Assembly: GCA_964016885.1 (NCBI GenBank)
Contig: OZ024758.1
Coordinates: forward strand, 15,128,001 to 15,192,000
Reading direction: 5' to 3'
DNA length: 64,000 nucleotides
Origin: Eledone cirrhosa
Lineage: Eukaryota
How positions within the stretch are numbered: the first letter of the stretch is position 1; each line of letters starts with the position of its first letter. Both the position numbers and the translations under genes were made by a program. Shown piece by piece: positions 25,866 to 38,891 of the stretch. The notes under the pieces were generated by a model. It had not been told where the DNA came from. It saw only the letters and a list, made by a program, of their open reading frames with translations, and did no database searches.

Positions 25866-26280
25866 TACTTGGTCTGTACTATGTCAGCACTTAAATTGAC
25901 CTGCTCCATTTATAATTTGGGATTCAAACAGCCCTTCAGTCAGCTGCAAATTTCCTCTCTCAATCCTCTAATTAACAGTAACTTCCTTACATAAACACAC
26001 ATTTCAACATCATTACTCATATGAACTTCCTCAAGTTTTTGTTTTTACATGTCAATATTTAGAACATTAGTATCCCATGTCTGTTATCTTTTTTTAATTA
26101 TTTTTGACAGTCAAGTAGAAAAATGGTTTAAGGCCTGCTGTTTCCCCCCTTTTTCTCTTCTATTTGGAAAAGAAAGGAGTTGGGTTGGGTTGGGTGGAGG
26201 TGGGGGGGAAAATTATGAAGCCTGACTTATTTTGAAGTTCACTGTTCTCACTGTGTGCTATATATATAAATGGCTTAGTG

Positions 26281-26625
26281 GAGGCACATTGCTTAGTGGT
26301 TAGAGCATTGGCCTTGCAATCGAAAGGTTGTGAGTTCAATTCTCAGACCGGGTGATGTGTTGTTTCCTTGAGCAAGACACATTATTTCACGTTGCTCCAG
26401 TTTACTCAGCTGTAGAAATGAGATGATAGGGACTGGGGTCCATATCATTCCACTGCAAAGTGGACGTGGAGGTGCCACAGCAAAAAAGCACCCAGCACTC
26501 ACTGTAAATGAGGTTGGTGTTAGGAAGGGCATCCAGCTGTAGAAGTCAAGCCAGAATCGGTTCCCGTCCCACCTTTGCATGCAGGGAAAAGCAGACGTAA
26601 AATGAAATGATGATGATGAATGATG
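26281..26625 (+). mobile_element. SINE group B, tail type 1
   Basis: Near-identical to 25071-25400 and 33335-33670. Confidence 0.9.
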
Positions 26626-27169
26626 ATATATATATATATACTTGTAATGTTTAGTAGAAAAATTACCTCAAAAACAGGGAAAAGATATAACGCATGCATG
26701 CACGCACGCGCGCGAGTGGTGTGGTAAGATACCTGGTCGCCCATAACGCACCAGAGTACTCGATGCTTAGGGTAGTAGAGTGGGTAATAGGGTTCCCTGT
26801 GAGTGAGTGTGTGTATGCAATTTGGCGAAACTGCAGTCATGAGTTAAACACCAGCTTTATAATGATTTTTTTAAAAATTATTTAAGTAAAATTATGATGG
26901 AAATTTTTTTATCTAACTATAAACACTTTGAAACAAAGTTTTATGTCATAGAATCAGAAGTGGTTTCAGGCAGTTTGGTATTAAGTGTAAAAAATTATTT
27001 TAAACTACAGCTAATTCTGTAGCTTAATTATTATCTGTTGGAAGTGGGTATGTCATACTAATGACATAAGTGACAGTGCAAGTTTTGGTTGATGTATGTT
27101 GGTGAAATGATGACCTGTTTATAAAACATCTCATAAAAATGGAGTATGAAAGCTGGGTGAAATAATACC

Positions 27170-27655
27170 ATGAGTCAGCTGTGAAATGGACCTCTAGTAA
27201 AACACACAGACTAAAGTAAACAAAATCTCAAAGGTATTGAATCTGCTGGGAGGCTGCTGTACTCTCATGTGTCAAATGAACCCATCACATGTCAAATTTC
27301 TTTTCTATGTCAAATATTGATTTAGAAGAAAAAAAAGGACAGAAACATCCCTCTTCCACTCAGTGGTCTCCTGCCAGTTCAGATTTCTGGGTCACACATT
27401 GATACTCCCAGAAAATGAGCCTCTTTACAAATATGTGTTGTGCGTTATGCAAGCCTGTTTACAAATATGCGTTATGCATCCCTTGACATGGTATGAGGAA
27501 GCTAGGGCGGCAGAAGAGACGGTATCTAGATCATACCCAGATGTTGCTAGGCAACTGAGACCAGCTGGTGCGTCTGAAGGATATTGCCAGTCTAGCACAG
27601 CACTATGCCATGTGGAGGGAAACTGCAGCCATCTATGTAGTAGCCGAAATATGAT
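27170..27655 (+). mobile_element. Decayed RTE-clade LINE C-terminal fragment
   Basis: QFRFLGHTLILPENEPLYKYVL, then P*HGMRKLGRQKRRYLDH...DIASLAQHYAMWRE, matching the RTE RQLRFLGH..GR...YLD..LAQDR..WR pattern. Confidence 0.6.
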
Positions 27656-27789
27656 AGATAGTACTGCTATATCACAGACTTCTCCATGCCAGTAATTGAT
27701 ATATAGCTGATGTAAAAATTTTAATATTAGTCTACTTTCTATGGTAGTAAGACTTTTAAGACTTTCAGATTCATCAGACCTTTTAGATT

Positions 27790-29040
27790 CATCATCATCA
27801 TCACTGTTTTACATCCATTTTTCCATTCTTGCATGGGTCAGACAGGTCCGTCACATCAAGAGACAAGTCTGGCCAGGATTAGCCATGCCACCTTGCTCTG
27901 ACAGGATTGTAAATTTGGCTGGGGGGATGGGGGAGGGGGGGTTTAACAGCTGGATGTCCTTCCTAACACCAACTACATTTACAGTGTGGGACTTGATGGC
28001 ACTGTTATGAGGAGGGACATGCGCCAGTCGTCTGCGCCGAACCAACCCTATCTCACAGCGGAACCATAGTTTGGGAGCCTGGAACTGGATGGCACCTCTG
28101 AGTCGGGACAGATCAGGTGGCCGCGCTGAACCTTTCCTCACAGTGGAACCGCAGTTTGGTGCAGCAACCATATTTGCAGAGTGGAACTGGATGGCACTGC
28201 TATGAGGAAGGACAGGCCAGTTGGGCTTGCCAAACCCTGCTCACAGTGGAACCACAGTTTCGAGGCTACAACCACGTTTAGTGTGGAACTGGGTGGCACC
28301 ACTACGAGGAGGGACAGGCCAGTTGGGCATGCCAAACCCTGCTCAGTGGAACCAGTTTCGAGGCTACAACCACGTTTACAGTGTGGTTCTAGGTGGTACC
28401 ACTACGAGGAGGGACAGGCCAGTTGGGCTTGCCAAACCCTGCTCACAGTGGAACCAGTTTCGAGGCTACAACCACGTTTACAGTGTGGTTCTAGGTGGTA
28501 CCACTACAAGGAGGGACAGGCCAGTTGGGAGTGCCAAACCCTGCTCACAGTGGAACCACAGTTTCGAGGCTACAACCACGTTTAGTGTGGTTCTAGGTGG
28601 TACCACTACAAGGAGGGACAGGCCAGTTAGGCGTGCCAAACCCTGCTCAGAGGGAACCACAGTTTCGAGGCTACAACCACATTTACAGTGTGGTTCTAGG
28701 CGGTACCACTACAAGGAGGGACAGGCCAGTTGGGAGTGCCAAACCCTGCTCACAGGGAACCAGTTTTGAGGCTACAACCACGTTTACAGTGTGGTTCTAG
28801 GCGGTACCACTACAAGGAGGGACAGGCCAGTTGGGAGTGCCAAACCCTGCTCACAGGGAACCAGTTTTGAGGCTACAACCACATTTACAGTGTGGTTCTA
28901 GGCGGTACCACTACAAGGAAGGACAGGCCAGTTGGGCATGCCAAACCCTGCTCACAGTGGAACCACAGTTTTGAGGCTACAACCACGTTAAGTGTGGAAC
29001 TGGGTGGCACCACTATGTTGGCCGTGCCGAACCCTTCTCA
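27790..29040. repeat. Minus-strand retroposon tail followed by a ~102-bp tandem array (~9-10 units)
   Basis: GACAGGCCAG recurs at 28211, 28313, 28413, 28515, 28617, 28720, 28821 and 28922. Confidence 0.9.
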
Positions 29041-29869
29041 CAGCAACACAGCTTGTATCTGAAAATTCAATGTAGCTAACTTTACCAAACACTAAGAATT
29101 CTCTTGAGAATTTCCAAAGTGTTACCTTTTGAAAGTAGACTTGCTGCTGCAACTTCTAACTGGGTGGTTTTCTTATAGTATTTCTCTTGTGATTACTAAT
29201 CACTATATTGAATTTGGTTTTCTATTTCTTAAGGTTTAACTTGACTGTTTGTTTTTTTGGGGGTTTTTTTTGGGTTTTTTTTTTAGTTTTTGGGGGTTTT
29301 TTTTTATATATACCTGCAGTTATTGTAGATAAACAATGTAAAATACTTGCCATTCAAGTATTAGGAAAAAGTAACAAGTAATATTTTGTAAGTGGTTTTA
29401 AATATTGAGTTAATGGCATGACCCAGTTACTACAGGCACACGCTCAGGCTAGGCCCATTGACACAGGCCAAGCTTGCCTCTCTTACACACCTTTCAACAA
29501 ACTCGGAACAAACACTGCATTACATTTTGTCCAATGCTTTATTTACAGCATTGGACAAAATCAAATGCAGAGTCGGGCTAGATCGATACAGATCGAACCT
29601 TGAGCTGATCAATAGTGAAACACGTGTCACTACTCAATAAACGTAATGAAAACGTAACAAATCGTCTGTTTTATTATCATCATCACTCGTCGACTACTGT
29701 CGAGATGATGGACCTCGCTCTCATGCCCCAGAATTCCCTGTCCCCCATCGCTGCCCCCAGGTCCTGTCTACTGATTCCCGTATCCCTAGAGATAACGTCA
29801 GGGAATGACAGCTTCCTAGTCGGGCTGGAGTCAGGGTTCCAGAGCAAGAGAGCGGATATGATTTCATTT

Positions 29870-30085
29870 ATGGCAGCATCAGTAGCGGGTCGGACACTAT
29901 GCTTTAGCAGCAGAGAGTTATGGCCCTTTACGGCCTGAGTTCAAATCCTGCCGAGGTGGTTAACTTTGCCTTTCATCCCTATGGGGTCGATAAAATAAAG
30001 TACCAGTAATGAACTGGGGTCGATTTAATCGACTTTCCCCTGCCCCCAAATTACTGGCCTTGTGCCTATACTAGAAATCATTATT
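29870..30085 (+). mobile_element. SINE group A (long variant with GTCGATTTAATCGAC hairpin)
   Basis: Head, B-box, centre and end present. Confidence 0.85.
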
Positions 30086-30858
30086 ATACTCTTTGTTCTA
30101 CATCTCTATACTTACTGGAAATTACGCATCGAGAGCTCACTCTGATGAAGCTACAGTAACTGGACATGACAATCCCCAGATATATATATATATAGATATA
30201 TATATAGATATATATATATATATATATCTATATATATAGAGAGAGAGAGAGAGAGAGCTCGTGATAACTTTGAAGCTTTAGTGTTTCTACAAACCTAACT
30301 ATTGATTCGTGTTTAAGGATATTTTAATGAGTTGAATATTTACTGCCACACCAAGCAAGTTTATTTCTGAAGTGATTTGATTTTAAAGATATATATTGGT
30401 TTCTGAGAACTTTAAACAGAAAAGGTAATTAATTTTTTTTTCGTTTTTTTTTTTTCTATATATTTTTTTTTTTTTTTTTTTTTAACGTTTTTTATTTTTT
30501 TTTTATTTTTATTTTTATTTTTATTTTTATTTTTATTTTTATTTTTCCTTTCTTTCTATCTTTACATACCAATAGTTAAATTGTAAATATTGCGCAATTT
30601 CCTCTGATATCAGATCTGAAGTTAGGCCAATATTTCTTTAATATATTTGTTTAATGTTGTTCAAACTGATGCTGCATCCACTGTGAATGTGCCTTGCCGA
30701 GTGGTTAGAGTTTTTTTACTTAGGATCGAAAGACCATGGTTTTTATTCCTGGACCAGGTGTCATGTTGTGTTGTCTTGACCAAGACACTTCATTTCGCAT
30801 CGCTTTTCATGGAAGGTGGGGCCCTGTTATTAAATTACCCCAAGAAACCTCGAATCCA

Positions 30859-32277
30859 TAGCACTGGCGACTTCTGGTGTCCTTGGTCTTAGGGCCACCT
30901 CCCTACTCACCACTATTGGCACAGAGTTGGCTACCTGAAGCACTGGAGACTTCTGGTGTCCTTGGTCTTTGTGCCAATAGTGGTGAGCAGGGAGGTGGCC
31001 CTAAGACCAAGGACACCAGAAGTCTCCAGTGCTACAGGTAGCCAACTCTGTGCCAATAGTGGTGAGCAGGGAGGTGGCCCTAAGACCAAGGACACCAGAA
31101 GTCTCCAGTGCTACAGGTAGCCAACTCTGTGCCAATAGTGGTGAGCAGGGAGGTGGCCTGAGTTGGCTACCTGTAGCACTGGAGACTTCTGGTGTCACTG
31201 GTCTTAGGGCCACCTCCCTACTCACCACTATTGGCACAGAGTTGGCTACCTGTAGCACTGGAGACTTCTGGTGTCACTGGTCTTAGGGCCACCTCCCTAC
31301 TCACCACTATTGGCACAGAGTTGGCTACCTGAAGCACTGGAGACTTCTGGTGTCCTTGGTCTTTGTGCCAATAGTGGTGAGCAGGGAGGTGGCCCTAAGA
31401 CCAAGGACACCAGAAGTCTCCAGTGCTACAGGTAGCCAACTCTGTGCCAATAGTGGTGAGCAGGGAGGTGGCCTGAGTTGGCTACCTGTAGCACTGGAGA
31501 CTTCTGGTGTCACTGGTCTTAGGGCCACCTCCCTACTCACCACTATTGGCACAGAGTTGGCTACCTGTAGCACTGGAGACTTCTGGTGTCACTGGTCTTA
31601 GGGCCACCTCCCTACTCACCACTATTGGCACAGAGTTGGCTACCTGTAGCACTGGAGACTTCTGGTGTCCTTGGTCTTAGGGCCACCTCCCTACTCACCA
31701 CTATTGGCACAGAGTTGGCTACCTGTAGCACTGGAGACTTCTGGTGTCACTGGTCTTAGGGCCACCTCCCTACTCACCACTATTGGCACAGAGTTGGCTA
31801 CCTGTAGCACTGGAGACTTCTGGTGTCCTTGGTCTTAGGGCCACCTCCCTACTCACCACTATTGGCACAGAGTTGGCTACCTGTAGCACTGGAGACTTCT
31901 GGTGTCCTTGGTCTTAGGGCCACCTTCCTACTCACCACCATCAGCACAGAGTTGGCTACCTGTAGCACTGGAGACTTCTGGTGTCCTTGGTCTTAGGGCC
32001 ACCTTCCTACTCACCACCATCAGCACAGAGTTGGCTACCTGTAGCACTGGAGACTTCTGGTGTCCTTGGTCTTAGGGCCACCTCCCTACTCACCACTATT
32101 GGCACAGAGTTGGCTACCTGTAGCACTGGAGACTTCTGGTGTCCTTGGTCTTAGGGCCACCTTCCTACTCACCACCATCAGCACAGAGTTGGCTACCTGT
32201 AGCACTGGAGACTTCTGGTGTCCTTGGTCTTAGGGCCACCTTCCTACTCACAACCATCGGCACAGAGTTGGTTACCC
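30859..32277. repeat. 79-bp GC-rich minisatellite with two internal inversions
   Basis: Unit TAGCACTGGAGACTTCTGGTGTCCTTGGTCTTAGGGCCACCTCCCTACTCACCACTATTGGCACAGAGTTGGCTACCTG; inverted blocks at 30970-31158 and 31364-31473. Confidence 0.93.
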
Positions 32278-32458
32278 AAGGTGTGAGCCTTGCGAGCTTT
32301 AATGGCTCTTCCAGTGTGTCTCCCTCACCATCCTCCGGGGGGAGACACCTCTATTCTGTCGACCGGGCAGCCAGCAAGTGGGCCCCCATTTGCTCATAAC
32401 AGTGAGAGATGGGGAGAGCAGGAGAGTTGGAGTTTGGTTCCTTTGTGTTCGGACCTGA

Positions 32459-32835
32459 TCATCATCATCATCGTTTAACATCTATCTTCCACGCTAGCAT
32501 GGGTTAGACAGGAGTTGTCCCATTTGAGGTAAGATTGGTCGTCGCGCTCGTATAGGACTGTCTAGGCGGGTTTTCTATGGCTGGCTGCCCTTCCTAACAC
32601 CAACCACGTTTACAGTGTGGGGCTGGGAGGTTTTTACCGTGTTACCTACACGGCCACATTACAGCGTGGACTGTGTGTTTTTTTTTTTTGTCGTGACACC
32701 TACACGACCTCATTTATTTCGGACTGGATGTTGTGGTACCAACATAACTTTACATTGAAAGGGGTGGTGTGGATGGGGTTGGAGTTGGGGGGGGGGGGGG
32801 GATTTTTGTTAGAGGTGCCTATTGACTGTAGGTTT
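32459..32835 (-). mobile_element. 3'UTR-only copy of the RTE LINE at 17562-20198
   Basis: Colinear with 17562-17921, including GGACTGGATGTTGTGGTACCAACATA and TTGTTAGAGGTGCCTA. Confidence 0.88.
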
Positions 32836-33334
32836 CGATGTATATGTTTCATGGACAGTCTTCACTTGTCTAAACATTCTACTCATTCAGACCTCGAAGG
32901 AGACCATCTAAACTTGCATAGGTGTAAGCTGTAAATTTCATTTTTCATTTCATATCCACTGTTGTGAAAATGCATGGCTTAGTGGTTAGGGTGGTGAGCT
33001 CATGATTGTAAGGTTGTGAGTCCAATTCCTAGTGCTACATTGTTTCCTTGAGCAAGCCACTCTTTCATGTTGTTCCAGTTCGTTCAGCTAGAAAAAAAGG
33101 TTAGTTGCATCCAAGATTAAAAGGGCCAGCCTTGTCATATACTGTGGCATGTGGAATTTCTTTGAGAATTATGTTATGGACACGCATGTCTATGAAATGT
33201 TCAGCTGCTGTGATAAGGACCCAGGCAAGCATGGAAAAGTGGATGTAAAAACGATGACACATACACAACCCTTATCGAGTCCTCTCTAAATTTTAGTCTT
33301 TATATTTATCATTACTACTAATATATATATATAT

Positions 33335-33670
33335 GGAGGCACATGGCTTAGTGGTTAGAGCATTGGGCTTGCAATCGAAAGGTTGTGAGTTCAATTCTCA
33401 GACCGGGTGATGTGTTGTTTCCTTGAGCAAGACACTTTATTTCACATTGCTCCAGTTTACTCAGCTGTAGAAATGAGATGATAGGGACTGGGGTCTCTAT
33501 TATTCCACTGCAAAGTGGACGTGTAGATACCACGGCAAAAAAGCACCCAGCACTCACTGTAAATGAGGTTGGTGTTAGGAAGGGCATCCAGCTGTAGAAA
33601 TCAAGCCAGAATCAGTTCCCGTCCCACCCTTGCAAGCAGGGAAAAAGCGGACGTAAAATGAAATGAAATG
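33335..33670 (+). mobile_element. SINE group B, tail type 1
   Basis: Full-length copy. Confidence 0.9.
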
Positions 33671-34154
33671 AATATCATCATCACCACTGTTTTACGTCCG
33701 TTCTTCCACACTAGCATGGGTTAGGCGGGTTGTCCTGTTCTACAGCTGGATGCCCTTCCTAACACCAACCTCATTTACAGTGAGTGCTGGGTGCTTTTTT
33801 CTGTGGCGCCTCCATGTCCACTTTACAGTCTGGGCCGGGTGCTTTTTTTTTCCGTGGCACCTCCACGACCACTTTGCAGTGGAATGATGGGGACCCCAGT
33901 CCCTATCATCTCATTTCTACAGGTGAGTAAACTGGAGCAATGTGAAATAAAGTGTCTTGCTCAAGGAAACAACACATCACCCCGTCTGAGAATTGAACTC
34001 ACAACCTTTCGATTGCAAGGCCGATGCTCTAACCACTAAGCCATGCACCTTCGTGCGTGTGTGTGTGTTAGGTAATTCCAAAGAAAAAGCAAAGGAAAAA
34101 AAGAGTGCTCTATGTATAGAACAGAGCTATTTAATTAGAAAGTGAACACAAAAT

Positions 34155-34229
34155 ATAACTTCATCACCAAAGGTTTCTGGATCCCAGACAATATTAATAT
34201 ACATCTGGATCGGTCATCAGACATGTTAT
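34155..34229 (-). ncRNA. Type I hammerhead fold, family H2 (G at position 17, predicted non-cleaving)
   Basis: Minus strand: ATAACATGT CTGATGA ccGATCCAGA...TCTGGGATCca GAAA CCTTTGG TG ATGAAGTTAT. Confidence 0.65.
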
Positions 34230-34235
34230 TTTAGC

Positions 34236-34315
34236 ATAACATCTGTCTGATGACCGATCCAGATGTATATTAATATTGTCTGGGATCCAGAAACCTTTAG
34301 TAATGGAGTAGTTAT
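34236..34315 (+). ncRNA. Type I hammerhead fold, family H2
   Basis: ATAACATCTGT CTGATGA ccGATCCAGA...TCTGGGATCca GAAA CCTTTAG TA ATGGAGTAGTTAT; one stem III mismatch. Confidence 0.68.
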
Positions 34316-35486
34316 ATTTTGTGTTGTTCACTTTCTAATTAAATAGCTCTGTTCTATACATAGAGCACTCTTTTTTTCCTTTGCTTTTTCTTTGGAATTA
34401 CCTAACACACACGCACACACACGCACGAAGGTGCATGGCTTAGTGGTTAGAGCATCGGCCTTGCAATCGAAAGGTTGTGAGTTCAATTCTCAGACGGGGT
34501 GATGTGTTGTTTCCTTGAGCAAGACTTTATTTCACATTGCTCCAGTTTACTCACCTGTAGAAATGAGATGATAGGGACTGGGGTCCCCATCATTCCACTG
34601 CAAAGTGATCGTGGAGGTGCCACGGAAAAAAAAGCACACAGCACTCACTGTAAATGAGGTTGGTGTTAGGAAGGGCATCCAGCTGTAGAAACCAAGCCAG
34701 AATCAGTTCCCCTATGAGCAAGACAAGGTCAGCCGACCGGACTCTGCCCACAACAGGACAACTCATCTAACCCATGCTAGCATGGAAGAATGGATGTAAA
34801 ATAGTGATGATGATATATATTTATGTGTGTGTGATCAATGAATTATCAATTTTCGTAAACCTTGTGTGTATATAACTTTGCCACCTTTGATAGGTTTTGG
34901 CCTGTATTGACCCAGGCCATGTCTAACTTAATAGTACTACCTGACTAAAAAATGTTTGAGATTGCCAGGATATATATACATATAAATATAAAATCCACAA
35001 ACATAACTTTCTTTAGTAAAAAAAAAACAAAACATTGAATATTTATTCCACCCATAAGATTGTAAGGTTATGTAACTAGTTATATATAATTTGGTTGTAA
35101 ACAGAACACTTTTCACATGGTTTAGATATACAGTGATGTTGAAATGCCTGCTCCACCCTCTCTTTCATCCTAACCATGACATGTCAAACTTTTCATTTAT
35201 TTAATAATCCTGTTACTGTAGTGTCATATACACATATAACATCCATGTATTTTAGTTTTAGTAAATACTTATAGATAAGCTTTTTATGATATGGTGTTGC
35301 AGGTTATGGTATTTTCTGTTATTTTCTCTTTAAGTCTTTAAGTCCATTACCTGTCATTACTGACACATACGTCATTGGTGGGCCATCAGTGGCTTAATGT
35401 AATAAATGTAGTTATCATCATTGATCTGGAATGAGGTTCTTTTCAGACATCAGTGAATTTCAGACACTTTTTTAATATGAGTAAAA

Positions 35487-35544
<58 letters not shown>

Positions 35545-35546
<2 letters not shown>

Positions 35547-35860
35547 GAGGCACATGGCTTTGCAATCGAAAGGTTGTGAGTTCAATTCTCAGACCGGGTG
35601 ATGTGTTGTTTCCTTGAGCAAGACACTTTATTTCACATTGCTCCAGTTTACTCAGCTGTAGAAATAAGATGATAGGGACTGGGGTCCCTATCATTCCACT
35701 GTAAAGTGGTCGTGGAGGTGCCACGGCAAAAAAGCACCCAGCACTCACTGTAAATGAGGTTGGTGTTAGGAAGGGCACCCAGCTGTAGAAATCAAGCCAG
35801 AATCGGTTCCCGTCCCACCCTTGCAAGCAGGGAAAAAGCGGACGTAAAATGAAATGAAAT
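35545..35860 (+). mobile_element. SINE group B, tail type 1, deletion in the A-box region
   Basis: GGCACATGGCT joined directly to TTGCAATCG. Confidence 0.88.
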
Positions 35861-36023
35861 ATTACATACCAAATGAAAAAGATATGTATATATAAAGTCT
35901 ATTAAGCTTGCTTTTTTGAGAAACATAAAATCCTAACATATTTGATGTTTTGATTCATTATTTTTATAATATATATCATCATCATTGTTTAACGTCTATC
36001 TTCCACGCTAGCATGGGTTAGAC

Positions 36024-36058
<35 letters not shown>

Positions 36059-36190
36059 AGATTCAGGACCTCGACGGCTGAGCTCCAGCTGTCGGGGGGC
36101 ATGAATCTTTTCATATTACCCACTCTACTACCCCAAGTATCAAGTACTCTGGTAGGTTATGGCCTAGCTGGTTTTTACCACACCCTATCT

Positions 36191-36224
<34 letters not shown>

Positions 36225-36311
36225 GGGAGAGAGTCTGTCTGTCTCTGTTGTGCTGAGACCAAGGAGACTACTAATCATGTCAGTACTCGATACATGGGAA
36301 GATGTAGAGTG

Positions 36312-37225
36312 TTATCATACATAGAACAGGCTCGGTCCTAGGTGGGTTATGATACATAGAACAGGCTCAGTCTAGGTGGGTTATCATACATAGAACAGGC
36401 TCAGTCTAGGTGGGCTATCATACATAGAACTGGCTCAGTCTAGGTGGGTTATCATACATAGAACTGGCTCAGTCTAGGTGGGTTATGATACATAGAACTG
36501 GCTCAGTCTAGGTGGGTTATGATACATAGAACTGGCTCAGTCTAGGTGGGTTATGATACATAGAACTGGCTCAGTTCAGGCTGGGCTATGATACATAGAA
36601 CTGGCTCAGTTCAGGCTGGGTATTGATACATAGAACTGGCTCAGTTCAGGCTGGGTTATCATACATAGAACTGGCTCAGTTCAGGCTGGGTTGTCATACA
36701 TAGAACTGGCTCAGTTCAGGCTGGGCTATGATACATAGAACAGGCTCAGTTCAGGCTGGGTTATGATACATAGAACTGGCTCAGTTCAGGCTGGGCTATG
36801 ATACATAGAACAGGCTCAGTTCAGGCTGGGTTATGATACATAGAACTGGCTCAGTTCAGGCTGGGTTATGATACATAGAACCGGCTCAGTTCAGGCTGGG
36901 TTATCATACATAGAACTGGCTCGGTCCTGGGTAGGTTATGATACATAGAACTGGCTCGGTCCTGGGTAGGTTATGATACATAGAACTGGCTCGGTCCTGG
37001 GTAGGTTATGATACATAGAACTGGCTCGGTCCTGGGTAGGTTATGATACATAGAACTGGCTCGGTCCTGGGTAGGTTATGATACATAGAACTGGCTCGAT
37101 CCTGGGTAGGTTATGATACATAGAACTGGCTCGATCCTGAGTAGCTTATCATACATAGAACTGGCTCAGTCTCGGGTGGGTTATCATACATAGTCCCGGG
37201 TGGGTTGGTATCATAGAACTGGCTT
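36312..37225. repeat. 34-35-bp minisatellite, ~26 units
   Basis: Core ATACATAGAACTGGCTC, with three successive variant blocks. Confidence 0.93.
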
Positions 37226-37525
37226 GGTGTCAGATGGAGTGGTATGAAATTGGTTAAGTTATGTACACCATACACCTACTCAGTATTGAGAAATCTATGA
37301 TTATTTTCTGTATTGAAAATCATAGGCAATGTTAATTTTATTAGAAATATGGTAATATGGTTTTAATCTTTTTTCCACTGGATTATCAAGAGATTTCCTG
37401 TTTTGTATTCTTGTGATGTTTTCTCAGCATTCCCAAGTTGACTCCATTGAACTTGGTGGCCCTGATATTGAGTGGTTCATGATTGTCTGATTATATCGAT
37501 AGACACAATAGGAATCACTCACACA

Positions 37526-37529
<4 letters not shown>

Positions 37530-37564
<35 letters not shown>

Positions 37565-38610
37565 TAGAGATATAGAGAGATATGAGAGAGAGATATATAT
37601 AGAGAGAGATATATATAGAGAGAGAGAGATATATATATATAGAGAGAGAGATATATATATAGAGAGAGAGAGATATATATATAGAGAGAGAGAGAGATAT
37701 ATATATATAGAGAGAGAGATATATATATATAGAGAGAGAGATATATATATATATAGAGAGAGAGGTATATATATATAGAGAGAGAGATATATATAGAGAG
37801 AGAGAGATATGAGAGAGAGATAGAGATATAGATAGAGATATAGAGAGAGAGATAGAGAGATATAGAGATATAGATATAGAGAGATATAGATATATATAGA
37901 GATATAGATATATATAGAGAGAGATATATATAGAGAGAGAGATATAGATATATATAGAGAGAGATATATAGAGAGAGAGAGATATAGATATATATAGGGA
38001 GAGATATATATAGAGAGAGAGATATAGAGAGGGAGAGATATATAGAGAGAGAGATATATAGAGAGGGAGATATATATAGAGAGATAGATATATAGAGAGA
38101 GAGATATATATATATAGAGAGAGAGAGAGAGATAGATATAGATATAGAGAGAGATAGATATAGATAGAGATAGAGATAGATATAGAGAGAGATAGATATA
38201 GAGAGAGATAGAGATAGATAGAGAGAGAGATAGAGATAGAGAGAGATAGATAGAGATAGAGATAGAGAGAGATAGATAGAGATAGAGATAGAGAGAGAGA
38301 GATAGAGATAGAGAGAGAGAGAGAGAGATAGAGATAGATATAGAGAGAGATAGAGATAGATATAGATATATATATATATATATAGATATATAGATATAGA
38401 TATATATATATATATATAGATATATAGATATAGATATAGATATATATATATATATATAGATATATATATATATATATAGATATATATATATATATATAGA
38501 TATATATATATATATATAGATATATATATATATATATATAGATATATTTATATATATATATAGATATATTTATATATAGATATAGATATATAGAGAGATA
38601 TATATATATA
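37530..38610. repeat. (GA)n/(TA)n/GATA compound microsatellite
   Basis: C-free plus strand over ~1.1 kb. Confidence 0.95.
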
Positions 38611-38679
38611 CATGTATGTATGTAGAGAGGAATTGATGATTCAAGTACCTTAGCTGTATGTCGCATATCCAATCTCTTA

Positions 38680-38746
38680 TATATTTTATCTGATGAAAAC
38701 GTACTGAAACAACATTGTACCTTTGAAATATGTATAATAAAATATA
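38680..38746 (+). ncRNA. Type I hammerhead fold, family H1, intact core
   Basis: TATATTTTAT CTGATGA AAAcGTAC [12-nt loop] GTACcTTT GAAA TATGTA TA ATAAAATATA. Confidence 0.75.
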
Positions 38747-38858
38747 CAATTTGGTTATATTTCTCATTTATTAATATTTTGAATATTATATATATATATA
38801 TATATATGTCCCGCCCTTGCAAGCAGAGAAAAGCGGATGTATGATGATGATGATGATG

Positions 38859-38891
<33 letters not shown>

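Larger units (their letters stand above)
33673..34815. repeat. ~1.1-kb inverted repeat: SINE B (-) / hammerhead (-) / hammerhead (+) / SINE B (+)
   Basis: Axis at ~34232; 33840-34225 mirrors 34240-34637 almost exactly, outer parts with indels. Confidence 0.9.

Noticed and set aside
27755-27785. Minus-strand CTGATGA followed by GAAA
   Set aside because: Only 4 nt between the motifs; no stems.
36312-37225. CRISPR-like array (also considered for 47488-49532)
   Set aside because: No unique spacers, no cas genes, eukaryotic context.
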